Below are positions 20,391 to 30,367 of a stretch of DNA of 64,000 nt, in pieces. This stretch comes from Phormidesmis sp. (GTDB lineage Bacteria > Cyanobacteriota > Cyanobacteriia > Leptolyngbyales > Leptolyngbyaceae). The notes below the pieces were generated by a model. That model was not told the origin of the DNA, ran no database searches, and saw only the letters and a program-made list of their open reading frames with translations. The stretch spans positions 2,368,001 to 2,432,000 of the forward strand of contig CBDFJR010000002.1 in the NCBI GenBank assembly GCA_965248535.1, read 5' to 3'. Each line of letters begins with the position of its first letter. Position 1 is the first letter of the stretch. A program made the translations under genes and the position numbers.

Positions 20391-21200
20391 ATGGCAAGAC
20401 CCAAAAAACAACAGATGGACAGCGATGGCGATGGGCTGACCGACCAAGAAGAACTTCTGGCAGGCACCAATCCTAATAGTAGTGATACCGATGGGGATGG
20501 TGTGGACGATGCAACGGAAATGAACACGGGAAACCCCACGGTTCCTCGTGAACCGGAAACGGACAAGGCTCGACAGATGCGAGAACAGTATCTGTCATTT
20601 GCCAAGTCTGTTCTCGGCAATGCCATGCTGAACTACACAGATTTGTATCAGCGCTATTTGGGCAATGCTGCGGGGGCACGATCGCTCGATCAATCCGTCG
20701 CGATCGCCGCCCTTAAATCTGGACTCGACCCAAAAACCACGATTCAACTCCTTGCCCAAGGACCGATCACGCAAGTCCAAACTCGCAGCCTCACGCCTGA
20801 TGCGAGAAAGGCGGCACTTCCCGGCATTCTCAAATACACTCAATCGACAGTCGATCAAGCCCAACGTCAGCGCTATGTTGAATACGCCAACACCGTCACC
20901 GGACGGCAATGGTCATACCCGGATCTGTATCGGGAATATGTCGGCAGTGATTTGACCGCAATTCAGCTCGATCAGAAAATTGCGGCGGCAGCGCTCAATT
21001 CAGGGGAGTCTGCTCAATCGGTGACTGAACTTCTCCATCAGGGTCCCTACTCACAGTTTCAAGTGGGTGTGAAGCAAGTCAATCTTGCAACCATCCAGCA
21101 ATATGGCAAGGGCACGGTGGCTCAAGTACAAGATATTCAGGGAATGCGATCTCAATCACCAGAACGTACTCGACAACGCCCGAAAGATTTAGAGCGGTAA
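20391..21200 (+). CDS. Protein with DxDxDG Ca-binding-type repeats and a duplicated helical domain
   Basis: DSDGDGLTD, DTDGDGVDD; two copies of Y.DLY..Y.G...LDQ..A.AAL.SG...LL.QGP. Confidence 0.75.
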   Translation: MARPKKQQMDSDGDGLTDQEELLAGTNPNSSDTDGDGVDDATEMNTGNPTVPREPETDKARQMREQYLSFAKSVLGNAMLNYTDLYQRYLGNAAGARSLDQSVAIAALKSGLDPKTTIQLLAQGPITQVQTRSLTPDARKAALPGILKYTQSTVDQAQRQRYVEYANTVTGRQWSYPDLYREYVGSDLTAIQLDQKIAAAALNSGESAQSVTELLHQGPYSQFQVGVKQVNLATIQQYGKGTVAQVQDIQGMRSQSPERTRQRPKDLER

Positions 21201-21326
21201 CTGCTCTCTAAAAAGGTTTTGATGAATGACGCAATCTAAAAGCGGCTGAGAGATTTAGCGCTCGTTTCAGCCTGCGCGAAGTCTGTGCCCATCATCCGAA
21301 CGCTTTAAACTATTGAGAGGTCACTC

Positions 21327-24300
21327 ATGACCGATCCATCTCTGTTGATTTCAGCCTTTGAAGACTGGTTCAGGGCGGGAAAGGGGTTTGACACGATCGT
21401 GCAAGCGAGACGGTTTGCGTCAGCATTTTTGGGGCAGCCTGTTTTACCTGGAACCGCTCAAGCCAAGATTGTGGACGAGAGTATTGAACAGGCACTGATA
21501 CGAGTGGCGCAATTGCTGATTCAGCCTGACTCGGAACAAACCTACGATCGCTTAGTCGAACTCTATCAACGTCAGCCGACGCTGGGCACTCGTTCATCGA
21601 CCAGCGTTTTACAACAGGCATACAGTACGCCACTCCCGATCGCATCTCTAGCGGCGACTTTGGTGGGCATCAATTCTCAAACAACCGTTTATGAACCATC
21701 TGCGGGAAATGGTGCGTTATTACTGCACACAAACCCCGCAAATGTCACCGCCAACGAACTTAATCCAGCACGAGCGAATGATTTGCGGCGGCAAGGCTAC
21801 ACGGTGACGCAAGAGAATGCGGCGAACTATTTGCCATCGCAATTGCATGATGTTGTGATCATGAATCCGCCATTCGGATCATTATCTGATGAACGTGGGG
21901 TGCAACGATTTCACACAGGGCAGTATCTCACAACTCAGATTGATCATGCGATCGCCCTGAATGCTCTCAAGGCAATGAAACCCGATGGCAAAGCTGTATT
22001 GATTCTGGGTGGAAAATTGGGGATGGATGAAGACCGAAGATCCGATCGCTACAACAGCAGAGAAAGTCGTGCGTTCTACTACACCCTCTACAACGCTTAC
22101 AACGTTACTGAACATATTTCGATTTGGGGCGATCTCTACCGTAAGCAAGGGGCAGGGTTTCCGATTGATTTAATTCTGATTTCAGGACGGGGAAAGGCAG
22201 AACGCTTGCTCCCTGCTGCTGATGTCCCGCGCATCTACAAATCGTTCACCGAGTTAAAGGAGCTTCTTTATGCCGCTGTACTTCGACAGCCCGAACGTCT
22301 GGAGTCCATTGCCCGACCAATCCCTAACAGCAGTCTTGGCAGCGATTCAAGTCCCGACAAACCAGACTCAAATCGAGAACTGGGAGGGATACTTGGGACG
22401 GTTGGCGAACCGAGTGGAATGGATGATTCAGCAGGAAGCGGATCTGAATCAAGCTTGCCGAATGATTCACCGCTATCTGAACGAGGCACACCTGGATCAT
22501 CAGATTTGGAATCCGCCCGACCCGGAGGAAGACCCCCAACAGTGGGCAGAGGCGATCACGATTTACAATCCCGAACTCCGACTGCGGATGTCGATGAGGG
22601 CGACTTGGGACTTTCCACTATTGGCGATCGACAACCCCGACATCATCCAACTCATTCAAGACACCCCACTAGAAGTTTGGCTGCAACACATGACGTATTA
22701 GCAATTCCTGAAGACATCAGCGAGGAAACCGTTATGTCCGACCAAGACCAAGATATTCAACGACAGGTTGCCTACACACCGCATAGTCAAGGCACTCCGG
22801 CAGGAACACTCGTTCCGGTCAACATGAAAACCGCGACCCACAATGCTCTAAATTCACTGGCAAGGCAAGTTGGCTCCCTTGATGAGTATGTTGCCGAGAA
22901 GTTGGCGTATGGCACACCCGCAGACTTGCACAAATATCTGACGGCAGAACAAATCGATGCCGTTGCGTTGGCAATCAGCAATATCGAAAAGGGTTCAGGC
23001 TTCATCATTGGCGATCAAACTGGAGTAGGGAAAGGTCGCGTCGTTGCTAGCCTGATTCGATATGCCAAGCTCTCTGGACAAACGCCGATTTTCATTACTA
23101 AAAAGCCGGATCTCTATGCCGATATGATGCGGGATCTGGCAGACGTGGACTTGGGCAACTTCAAGCCCTTTATGACTAATGAAAGTCTTCGCATTCCACT
23201 GCCTGAAGGCGGACAACTTCGCACAGGCGCGAGTACGCATCAGCAGGAAATGCGATCGCTGCTTCAGTCTGGTAACCTCGGCAGCTACGACGGCATCTTT
23301 ACGACTTACTACCAATTGCAGGCAGTCGGCGGAGAAGAACCAGAGCGCCGGGATTTTCTCCGTCGGTTTGCGAATAATGCGATTTTGTTGCTGGATGAGA
23401 GTCACATGGCGGGTGGGTCGATCAGCGATCGGGGAGATAGCAAAGTTTCCAATCGGGCTGACTTTACAAGAGAGTTGATTGAGCGATCGCAAGGCGTTCT
23501 CTACTCCAGTGCGACGTATGCCAAAAATCCGCAGGTGATGACGCTCTACAGCAAAACCAATATGCGGCTGGCAGTCGGGCACATGGAAACGCTGGTATCG
23601 CTAATTCAGAAGATGGGCGTTCCTGGACAGCAGGCACTCGCTACGATGCTGACCGAGGAAGGTCAATACATTCGGCGAGAGCGCTCCTACGAAGGAATTC
23701 GCTTTACAGCAGAGGCAACAGGGGTCGATCGTGAAGTCGCTGAAAACGCCGCTGCAATTATGAGTTCGATTATGGATTTTGATCGAGTCAAACAGGCGGC
23801 GGTCAAGGCGATGAACAAAGAATTGAAACGCGAAGCCAAAGCGTTTAAGCGAGATACTGCGATCGGAGAAGCAGGCGCAAAAAGCATTGAATTTGCCTCA
23901 CTGATGCACAATCTGATTGATCAGATGTTACTCTCCCTCAAAGCTGAAGCTACCGTTCAAAAATCGCTCGAACTGCTTCGCAACGGTGAAAAACCCGTGA
24001 TTACGGTTGCCAACACAATGGGCAGCTTTATCGGCAACTATGCGGCTGCACATGGCATCAAACCTGGCGATGCCCTTGACCTCGATTTTGGTGCAATGTT
24101 GAGTCGATATTTAGAGCGATCGCGAGAAGTCATCATCAAAGATGCTTACGGGATTCGCCAATACAATCACACTCGGATGGATGGCTCGTCCTGCTATCGA
24201 TTAAGTGATGAAGAATTAGGTTTAGACGGGGTTGCAGCCTTTGAGGATGCGATCGGACGGATTCAAGAAACGGACTTTTCTGCCCTGCCGATTTCCCCGA

Positions 24301-27300
24301 TCGACTACATCGAAAATCGACTTCAGCAATCGGGCTATCAAGTCAGTGAAGTGACGGGACGAGAGCATCAAATCGAGTATTTGCCGGATGGAGGGCAATT
24401 CTACCAGGCGAGATCGCAAGCGGATCGGAGTACCAGAGCCGCGATCGAGAACGTTAAAGCCTTCAATCAGGGTCGCTTCGATGTGATGGTACTCAATCAA
24501 GCCGGATCAACCGGAATTTCGCTTCACGCCTCCGAGAAGTTTCTCGATCAACGTCCGCGCCATATGGTCGTCGCTCAAGCCGAGCGCAACATTGATGACT
24601 TCATGCAAATGTTGGGGCGGATTCACCGACATGGGCAAGTGGCGTTGCCCAGCTACACGCTTCTCTGTGCGGATATCCCAGCCGAGAAACGTCCTGGTGC
24701 AGTGTTAGCAAAGAAAATGGCATTGCTGAATGCCAATACAACTGCCGCGAGATCGAGCAGCATTTCGCTCAATAACGTCCCAGACTTCATGAATGAGTAT
24801 GGAGATGCGGTCGTGAGTGAGATCATGATCAACAATCCTGAGCTACACGCTCGATTAGGCAGTCCGCTCAAGTTTTTAGATGATGGCGATGAGCCAGAAG
24901 CCGCCATTCGCAAAGTGACGGGCAGAATTCCACTGTTACCGATCGCCGATCAAGAATCCCTTTACGATTTGATTGAGCGTGAGTACGTCGAGTATGTCGA
25001 GCGTCAAGAAGCAATGGGAGAATCCATTCTTGAAGCTCAATCGCTAGATTTTGATGCCCGCACGATCGCTCGAATGGAAGTGGTTGCCGCAGATGCTGGC
25101 ATCACCAGCCAATTTACGAGTCCGGTGTATCTTGATGTGGTAGATGTTAAAACCCTACGAAAGCCTCTGACGACCCAAGAAGCCGTCAATTTTGTCCGGC
25201 GATATCTCGACCAACCAGAAGTGGGTGAGTCGTTCAACTTATATGAAATTCGTCCACAGATTAAGCAAGCAGCAACCGATTTAGCAACCGAGCAGATTCA
25301 GGCTTTACGCCGTTCTACCGAAGACTATCGCGCTAAATTTCAAATTCGAGTGCCACCTAAGCAAGGCGAAGCAGAAAGCGAAACTCAACTGAGAACGAGT
25401 AAAGCGATCGACAAGTTCAATACTCGACTGGATCAACAATTGAACCATGTTCGGCAAACGCTCGACTCCTTCCCAGCCGGAACGCCCGTCCGAATCGCGA
25501 CGGCAAACGAGAGCGTGTTTTATGGGGTTACGGCACGAGTGTGGAACACTGATGTCAAAGGCAATCCGACAGCTCCAGGAAATTGGAAAATTCAATTTCT
25601 TTTAGCTGATCCGGCGAAGGAATTGACGATTCCATTGTCCAAAGTGAATTTGAGTGCCTCGAATGCTATTTCAGTCGTTCCTAAAGAATACGATTTCTTC
25701 GACGAGCCAATCTACGAAGTCTTTGACCAACGCCAACGAAAGAACCGAGAAGAACGCCAGATTTTTACCGGAAACACCCTTCGAGCGATCGAGAAGTTTC
25801 ACGGCAAGATGATCAACTACACCAACACTCAAGGAATAACCTGCCAAGGCGTTCTCACCCCACCCGGATTTGACATTGAAAAAGCACTCGAACGAGAACC
25901 CGTTCAGATGACGGCTCCTCAAGATGTCATCCGCTTTTTGTTTGAAGTCACGCAGCGTAGTGGGCAACTCAAAACCCCGGATGAACTGCTGATAGTCCGG
26001 GCGCAACGCAGACGGGACGGGAATGGCATCCTACTCCAAACGCCCAAAGCCAAAGAAGAAGGCGGACAATACTTTCTCGACAAGCAGTTAATGGAAGCAG
26101 CCGGAGGCGGTGAATTCTTCTCAGTCGGCAAGAAGATGATCCTCATTGTTCCACCCGAACGGATTGAGTCCGTGATTCAGTTTCTCAACGCTAGAGATCT
26201 TTCACTATCCGCTTTCGAGCAACGCCAAAAAGCTCGCGACATGCTGGGCATCGAGCTTCCTTCGCTCCAGTTGATTGAGCAAAATCAGTTCGAGGCGAAA
26301 GCGGACTATGTTCCCTTTGTGCAACCCGTTAACACTCAAGTGATTTCGTCGCTTGAACAAGCATTTCAGGCAGATATTCCTTCGAGTTTTGTGGAGGAAG
26401 CAGAGAGCAACTCTGAAGTAACCATAGGACAGGCATCCTACGAAGTCGAGCCAACGCTTGAAGCGATCTCTGAAGCTGAAATACCAATTTCGGAAGAAAG
26501 TGCCCCGATCGAGCTAATCTCACCAGACAACTCCCTTCCCGCAAGTACTACCAGTCCTGCTTCTCAAGCATTTTGGGCATCGCGATTTGAAACCTTATCC
26601 GATGAACTTAAACGCCTATTGCAACCTGCTCAAATCATAGAGATTCTGACTCAACCCGATCCACGTTCCACGATCGCTCAGTTGCAGGACTCCCAACCAA
26701 TTTTCGCTACCGTCTACCAAGAATTAGCAGACCTCTACACCACTGCCACCATGAATCTTCCACAAGCAATTCCAGCCCCGTCACAGCAGTTACTACAATC
26801 TCCACTCACAGAACTTCAAACACAACTAATCACAGAACTCGAACAAATCCCCAATGCTTGGGCACTCACGCCAGTAGATGCTCATAAAGCATCTTATCGA
26901 ACAAGCTGGCAAACGGAAAGCCCACTATCAAGAGATGAGTTGACGAATGAAATTAGGAACGGTGCAAGCGGCTATGGACTCCGAACTGGAAGCGTCTCTG
27001 GCGGCATTGTGGCGATCGACCTCGACGGAGTCTCAGCCCACGCCAAAATGCTCGAACTCTCCGGCGGAACCGACCTTCCTGAAACTGTTTCCTTTACATC
27101 AGGACGAGTCGGTAGAGCGCAACATCTATTTCTCGTTCCACAAGAGCTATGGTCGCTGATCAAGTCTCGCAAAATCCCGACAGGCATGAAGGGCAAAGAC
27201 GGAAAGAAAGAACACGTCGAACTCCGCTGGCAAGGATTGCAGTCAGTCTTGCCACCGTCTGCACATCCCACCACCGGGCAATATCGCTGGTTGAGGTCAC

Positions 27301-28346
27301 CCCAAGAGACTGAGATTACCACAGTCCCCAATTGGGTGATCGACCGAATGCTTGTGGAAACAAAACCTGTATCTGTTGAGCAGATTCCCTCATTTGCTCA
27401 CCCTCCCATTCAGGTCAATTGGACAGATCGGGATTGGGCACTGAGCTATCTGACCGCACTACAGCCTCATCGGGCAGAGGATCGCGAGAGTTGGCTAAAA
27501 GTCGGGATGGCATTACACAGTGTCAGTCCCAATCTATTCTTGGAGTGGGATCGCTGGAGTACCCAAAGCCAAAAATATCGACCTGGCGAGTGTGAATACG
27601 TTTGGAATCGCTTTCAAGAGAATGGCGGGATTACGATCGCGACTCTCGGCGCATGGGCAAAAGCAGACGGATGGCGCTTTCCCATCGAATCGCAGCCGCA
27701 GGTAGAACTAATCTCCGAAATAACCAGCTCGGTGCAGCCCTACCAGCAATCAACTCATCAGCATAATCCGCAGCCAACGGAGTGGGTAGCCCAGTCAGAC
27801 GCTCATCATCCCTGTCTTCAGGAATTTAAGCGATGGTATTTCGAGGCGCGAGAGATCGGTCGCTCTCAGAAATACCTTGATCGGATTCAAGCATTAGCTG
27901 AAGACTTCAAAGCAAAAACGTCAGCCGCAACCACAGACCCAACCATTCGGAATTCCGATGTTTCGCTCTCAGCGGCAGCACTGACCCACCTGACCCAAGA
28001 CGCAGAGAGCTATCATACCAAGCTTGAACAGTTTGCCAAAGACGCAAAGACCATTCTCAAATACAAAGGAACAGCAGTTCTGGTAGACGGCAAGACGACT
28101 TATCAATATTCCTCTCGCAAACCCGATTATCAACTGTTCTATCACGGCACTCAAAAACGCATCATGGTCAAGAAAGCAGGGCAAACGCTGTTAGATCACC
28201 AAGGCGGAAAAATTCAACCTGCTCAGAAAGCGATCGGGGCTGAGGATTTTGAATGCTTTTACAAAGAAGCCAATCGCCTCCGCGAACAAGCAAAGCAACC
28301 GCCAACCTCACTTAAGCTGGCTCGATCGAGCGAACAGGAGCGATAA
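21327..28346 (+). CDS. N6-MTase + strawberry-notch SF2 helicase + Prim-Pol/PriCT-2 multidomain protein
   Basis: EPSAGNG and NPPF; GDQTGVGKGR, LDESH, SATYAK, GSTGISLHA, QMLGRIHRHGQ; GIVAIDLDG, SVLPPSAHP; WLKVGMALH..WDRWSTQSQKY. Confidence 0.9.
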   Translation: MTDPSLLISAFEDWFRAGKGFDTIVQARRFASAFLGQPVLPGTAQAKIVDESIEQALIRVAQLLIQPDSEQTYDRLVELYQRQPTLGTRSSTSVLQQAYSTPLPIASLAATLVGINSQTTVYEPSAGNGALLLHTNPANVTANELNPARANDLRRQGYTVTQENAANYLPSQLHDVVIMNPPFGSLSDERGVQRFHTGQYLTTQIDHAIALNALKAMKPDGKAVLILGGKLGMDEDRRSDRYNSRESRAFYYTLYNAYNVTEHISIWGDLYRKQGAGFPIDLILISGRGKAERLLPAADVPRIYKSFTELKELLYAAVLRQPERLESIARPIPNSSLGSDSSPDKPDSNRELGGILGTVGEPSGMDDSAGSGSESSLPNDSPLSERGTPGSSDLESARPGGRPPTVGRGDHDLQSRTPTADVDEGDLGLSTIGDRQPRHHPTHSRHPTRSLAATHDVLAIPEDISEETVMSDQDQDIQRQVAYTPHSQGTPAGTLVPVNMKTATHNALNSLARQVGSLDEYVAEKLAYGTPADLHKYLTAEQIDAVALAISNIEKGSGFIIGDQTGVGKGRVVASLIRYAKLSGQTPIFITKKPDLYADMMRDLADVDLGNFKPFMTNESLRIPLPEGGQLRTGASTHQQEMRSLLQSGNLGSYDGIFTTYYQLQAVGGEEPERRDFLRRFANNAILLLDESHMAGGSISDRGDSKVSNRADFTRELIERSQGVLYSSATYAKNPQVMTLYSKTNMRLAVGHMETLVSLIQKMGVPGQQALATMLTEEGQYIRRERSYEGIRFTAEATGVDREVAENAAAIMSSIMDFDRVKQAAVKAMNKELKREAKAFKRDTAIGEAGAKSIEFASLMHNLIDQMLLSLKAEATVQKSLELLRNGEKPVITVANTMGSFIGNYAAAHGIKPGDALDLDFGAMLSRYLERSREVIIKDAYGIRQYNHTRMDGSSCYRLSDEELGLDGVAAFEDAIGRIQETDFSALPISPIDYIENRLQQSGYQVSEVTGREHQIEYLPDGGQFYQARSQADRSTRAAIENVKAFNQGRFDVMVLNQAGSTGISLHASEKFLDQRPRHMVVAQAERNIDDFMQMLGRIHRHGQVALPSYTLLCADIPAEKRPGAVLAKKMALLNANTTAARSSSISLNNVPDFMNEYGDAVVSEIMINNPELHARLGSPLKFLDDGDEPEAAIRKVTGRIPLLPIADQESLYDLIEREYVEYVERQEAMGESILEAQSLDFDARTIARMEVVAADAGITSQFTSPVYLDVVDVKTLRKPLTTQEAVNFVRRYLDQPEVGESFNLYEIRPQIKQAATDLATEQIQALRRSTEDYRAKFQIRVPPKQGEAESETQLRTSKAIDKFNTRLDQQLNHVRQTLDSFPAGTPVRIATANESVFYGVTARVWNTDVKGNPTAPGNWKIQFLLADPAKELTIPLSKVNLSASNAISVVPKEYDFFDEPIYEVFDQRQRKNREERQIFTGNTLRAIEKFHGKMINYTNTQGITCQGVLTPPGFDIEKALEREPVQMTAPQDVIRFLFEVTQRSGQLKTPDELLIVRAQRRRDGNGILLQTPKAKEEGGQYFLDKQLMEAAGGGEFFSVGKKMILIVPPERIESVIQFLNARDLSLSAFEQRQKARDMLGIELPSLQLIEQNQFEAKADYVPFVQPVNTQVISSLEQAFQADIPSSFVEEAESNSEVTIGQASYEVEPTLEAISEAEIPISEESAPIELISPDNSLPASTTSPASQAFWASRFETLSDELKRLLQPAQIIEILTQPDPRSTIAQLQDSQPIFATVYQELADLYTTATMNLPQAIPAPSQQLLQSPLTELQTQLITELEQIPNAWALTPVDAHKASYRTSWQTESPLSRDELTNEIRNGASGYGLRTGSVSGGIVAIDLDGVSAHAKMLELSGGTDLPETVSFTSGRVGRAQHLFLVPQELWSLIKSRKIPTGMKGKDGKKEHVELRWQGLQSVLPPSAHPTTGQYRWLRSPQETEITTVPNWVIDRMLVETKPVSVEQIPSFAHPPIQVNWTDRDWALSYLTALQPHRAEDRESWLKVGMALHSVSPNLFLEWDRWSTQSQKYRPGECEYVWNRFQENGGITIATLGAWAKADGWRFPIESQPQVELISEITSSVQPYQQSTHQHNPQPTEWVAQSDAHHPCLQEFKRWYFEAREIGRSQKYLDRIQALAEDFKAKTSAATTDPTIRNSDVSLSAAALTHLTQDAESYHTKLEQFAKDAKTILKYKGTAVLVDGKTTYQYSSRKPDYQLFYHGTQKRIMVKKAGQTLLDHQGGKIQPAQKAIGAEDFECFYKEANRLREQAKQPPTSLKLARSSEQER
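22270..22701 (+). CDS. Probable nested +1-frame gene (143 aa)
   Basis: AAAGGAG RBS then ATG. Globular-looking product, while the host frame here is a low-complexity S/G/P/D/R linker. Confidence 0.55.
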   Translation: MPLYFDSPNVWSPLPDQSLTAVLAAIQVPTNQTQIENWEGYLGRLANRVEWMIQQEADLNQACRMIHRYLNEAHLDHQIWNPPDPEEDPQQWAEAITIYNPELRLRMSMRATWDFPLLAIDNPDIIQLIQDTPLEVWLQHMTY

Positions 28347-28441
28347 CGGGATGACAGGGCTGTGAGCTATATGAAGAGAGGTGGTGTCGCTTTGAGCGCC
28401 TTCTAGGATTCTTGGCGTTATTGAGATAATAGACCCAAAGC

Positions 28442-29176
28442 CTATTGAACAATTGCAGCAACATCAGAATGATTCACCAAGCATCCATCTTCCATGTAGA
28501 TGATGCGATCGGCAATATCAAGAATCCGGTTGTCGTGGGTGACAAGCAAAATGGTGCTACCTTGCTCTTTTGCTAATTGTTGCATGATGTCCACCACATC
28601 GCGACCCGATTGCTTATCGAGTGCTGCTGTTGGCTCGTCTGCCAGAATAATTTTAGGTTGACTCACCAAGGCACGAGCGATCGCCACTCGCTGTTTTTGT
28701 CCGCCCGACAAATTACTTGGATAGTAGCTCATTCGATCCTCCAAGCCCACGGCGGTCAGAACAGCCCGAATCCGAGTATCTGCCTCGGCTACTGTTACAT
28801 CATGAATTTCTAACGCCATTTCAACATTCTGATACGCCGTGAGGAAGCTCAATAGATTATGCGCTTGAAAAATATAGCCAATATCACGACGGGCGAGGGT
28901 CATCTGCTCTTTGCTGGCATTGAGTAATTCGTGTCCTAAGATGCTTAACTGCCCGTCCTGAATCGATCGTAAGCTTCCCATGAGCGTTAACAATGTGGTT
29001 TTACCAGAACCCGATGGTCCGGTCATGATCAGGATTTCGCCCCGATCGATGTGCAGATTAATATCAAACAAGACCTGTTTTTGGAGTGACCCTTGACCGT
29101 AGTAATGATTGAGATGGGTGATGGAGATAGCAGGCTCAGAAGGGACAACAGCATTTATTTCTCGCGATCTGGACAT
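28442..29176 (-). CDS. devA: ABC exporter ATPase, DevA family
   Basis: GPSGSGKT, LSGGQKQR, ILADEPTAALD. Confidence 0.9.
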   Translation of the reverse strand: MSRSREINAVVPSEPAISITHLNHYYGQGSLQKQVLFDINLHIDRGEILIMTGPSGSGKTTLLTLMGSLRSIQDGQLSILGHELLNASKEQMTLARRDIGYIFQAHNLLSFLTAYQNVEMALEIHDVTVAEADTRIRAVLTAVGLEDRMSYYPSNLSGGQKQRVAIARALVSQPKIILADEPTAALDKQSGRDVVDIMQQLAKEQGSTILLVTHDNRILDIADRIIYMEDGCLVNHSDVAAIVQ

Positions 29177-29185
29177 ACTCGACTC

Positions 29186-30358
29186 CTAAAAGATATCGGC
29201 AGGGTCAGCGGTTTGTAGCTTACGGACTGCCATTGCCGCAGAGAACGAACTCATAATTGCAGTGAGAATGAAAACAAACACAATTCGCCCTAAATCCATC
29301 GCCATTGGTAGCATGGTGGCAATATTGGTGATCCGATAAATGCCCAAGGCGATTAAGGTGCCAGGGATGAATCCAAGTGCTGCTAAAATCAGAGACTCTT
29401 GAAACACGACAACGAGCAGATAGCGATCGCGAAATCCCATCGCCTTGAGCGTGGCATATTCGGGCAAATGATCCGTCACATCGCTGTAGAGAATCTGATA
29501 GACGATCACTGCACCGACAATAAAAGCAATCACCACACCCAAATCAAAGGTATAGCCTACAGGCGTGCTGGCGTTCCAAAAGGCGACTTCTGCTTTCGCG
29601 TAGTCTTCTCGCGTCATGACTTTGACATCATTGGGCAAGCGAGATCGCAACTCTGCCAAAACCGTTTGAACCTCTGCACCCGGTTTTAGTTTGATGACTC
29701 CAACATCAATCAGTCCACCTTGACGAAAATTAGCCATGCGTAAAAAGTTGACATCGCTCGTCACCAAGTAAGCATTAATGCCAAATGTTGGACTCAGTTT
29801 GAACAATCCCCGGACTTGCACTTGACGCTCATTGATTTCGGTTGTGATTGACTCTCCTGCTTCAAACCGTTGAGCGATCGCTCCAAATTCTTGACGAGAG
29901 CCTGAATTAAACAGGACTGTATCGGGTTCGCGCAGTTTCGCACGGTTGGCTTCTACACCAGGAACATTCATCACTTGATGTTCTGGGTTAATGCCGATCG
30001 CGTAAATATCCCAAATCTCTTTGTTCTCAGGATTGCGCCACTGAATCGCATTGAGATAGACCGGACTGACCGATGCAACGCCCGTTACGCCTGCTGCCTG
30101 ATAGAGTCGGCGCTCGGTAAATCGATCAAGGGAAATCAGCGATCGCGATCGCCCACTCAGCATGACCAGTTCACCGTTCAGACTGTTGTGAAACTCGACT
30201 GCACTACTAAACAACGCGCCTCGAAAGCCCATTTGCAAAAACATCAGCACATCGGCAAAGCTAATGCCCGCGATCGCGACGATCAAACGCGCTCGTTCTT
30301 TCCGTAACTGAAGCCAGGATAGAAACAGTGGTTTCTTTTTCTGCGCCATTTTAGTCAT
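29186..30358 (-). CDS. devC: ABC exporter permease, DevC family
   Basis: GISFADVLMFLQMGF, YQILYSDVTDHLPEYATLKAMG, DPADIF. Confidence 0.92.
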   Translation of the reverse strand: MTKMAQKKKPLFLSWLQLRKERARLIVAIAGISFADVLMFLQMGFRGALFSSAVEFHNSLNGELVMLSGRSRSLISLDRFTERRLYQAAGVTGVASVSPVYLNAIQWRNPENKEIWDIYAIGINPEHQVMNVPGVEANRAKLREPDTVLFNSGSRQEFGAIAQRFEAGESITTEINERQVQVRGLFKLSPTFGINAYLVTSDVNFLRMANFRQGGLIDVGVIKLKPGAEVQTVLAELRSRLPNDVKVMTREDYAKAEVAFWNASTPVGYTFDLGVVIAFIVGAVIVYQILYSDVTDHLPEYATLKAMGFRDRYLLVVVFQESLILAALGFIPGTLIALGIYRITNIATMLPMAMDLGRIVFVFILTAIMSSFSAAMAVRKLQTADPADIF

Positions 30359-30367
30359 GCAATTTCC

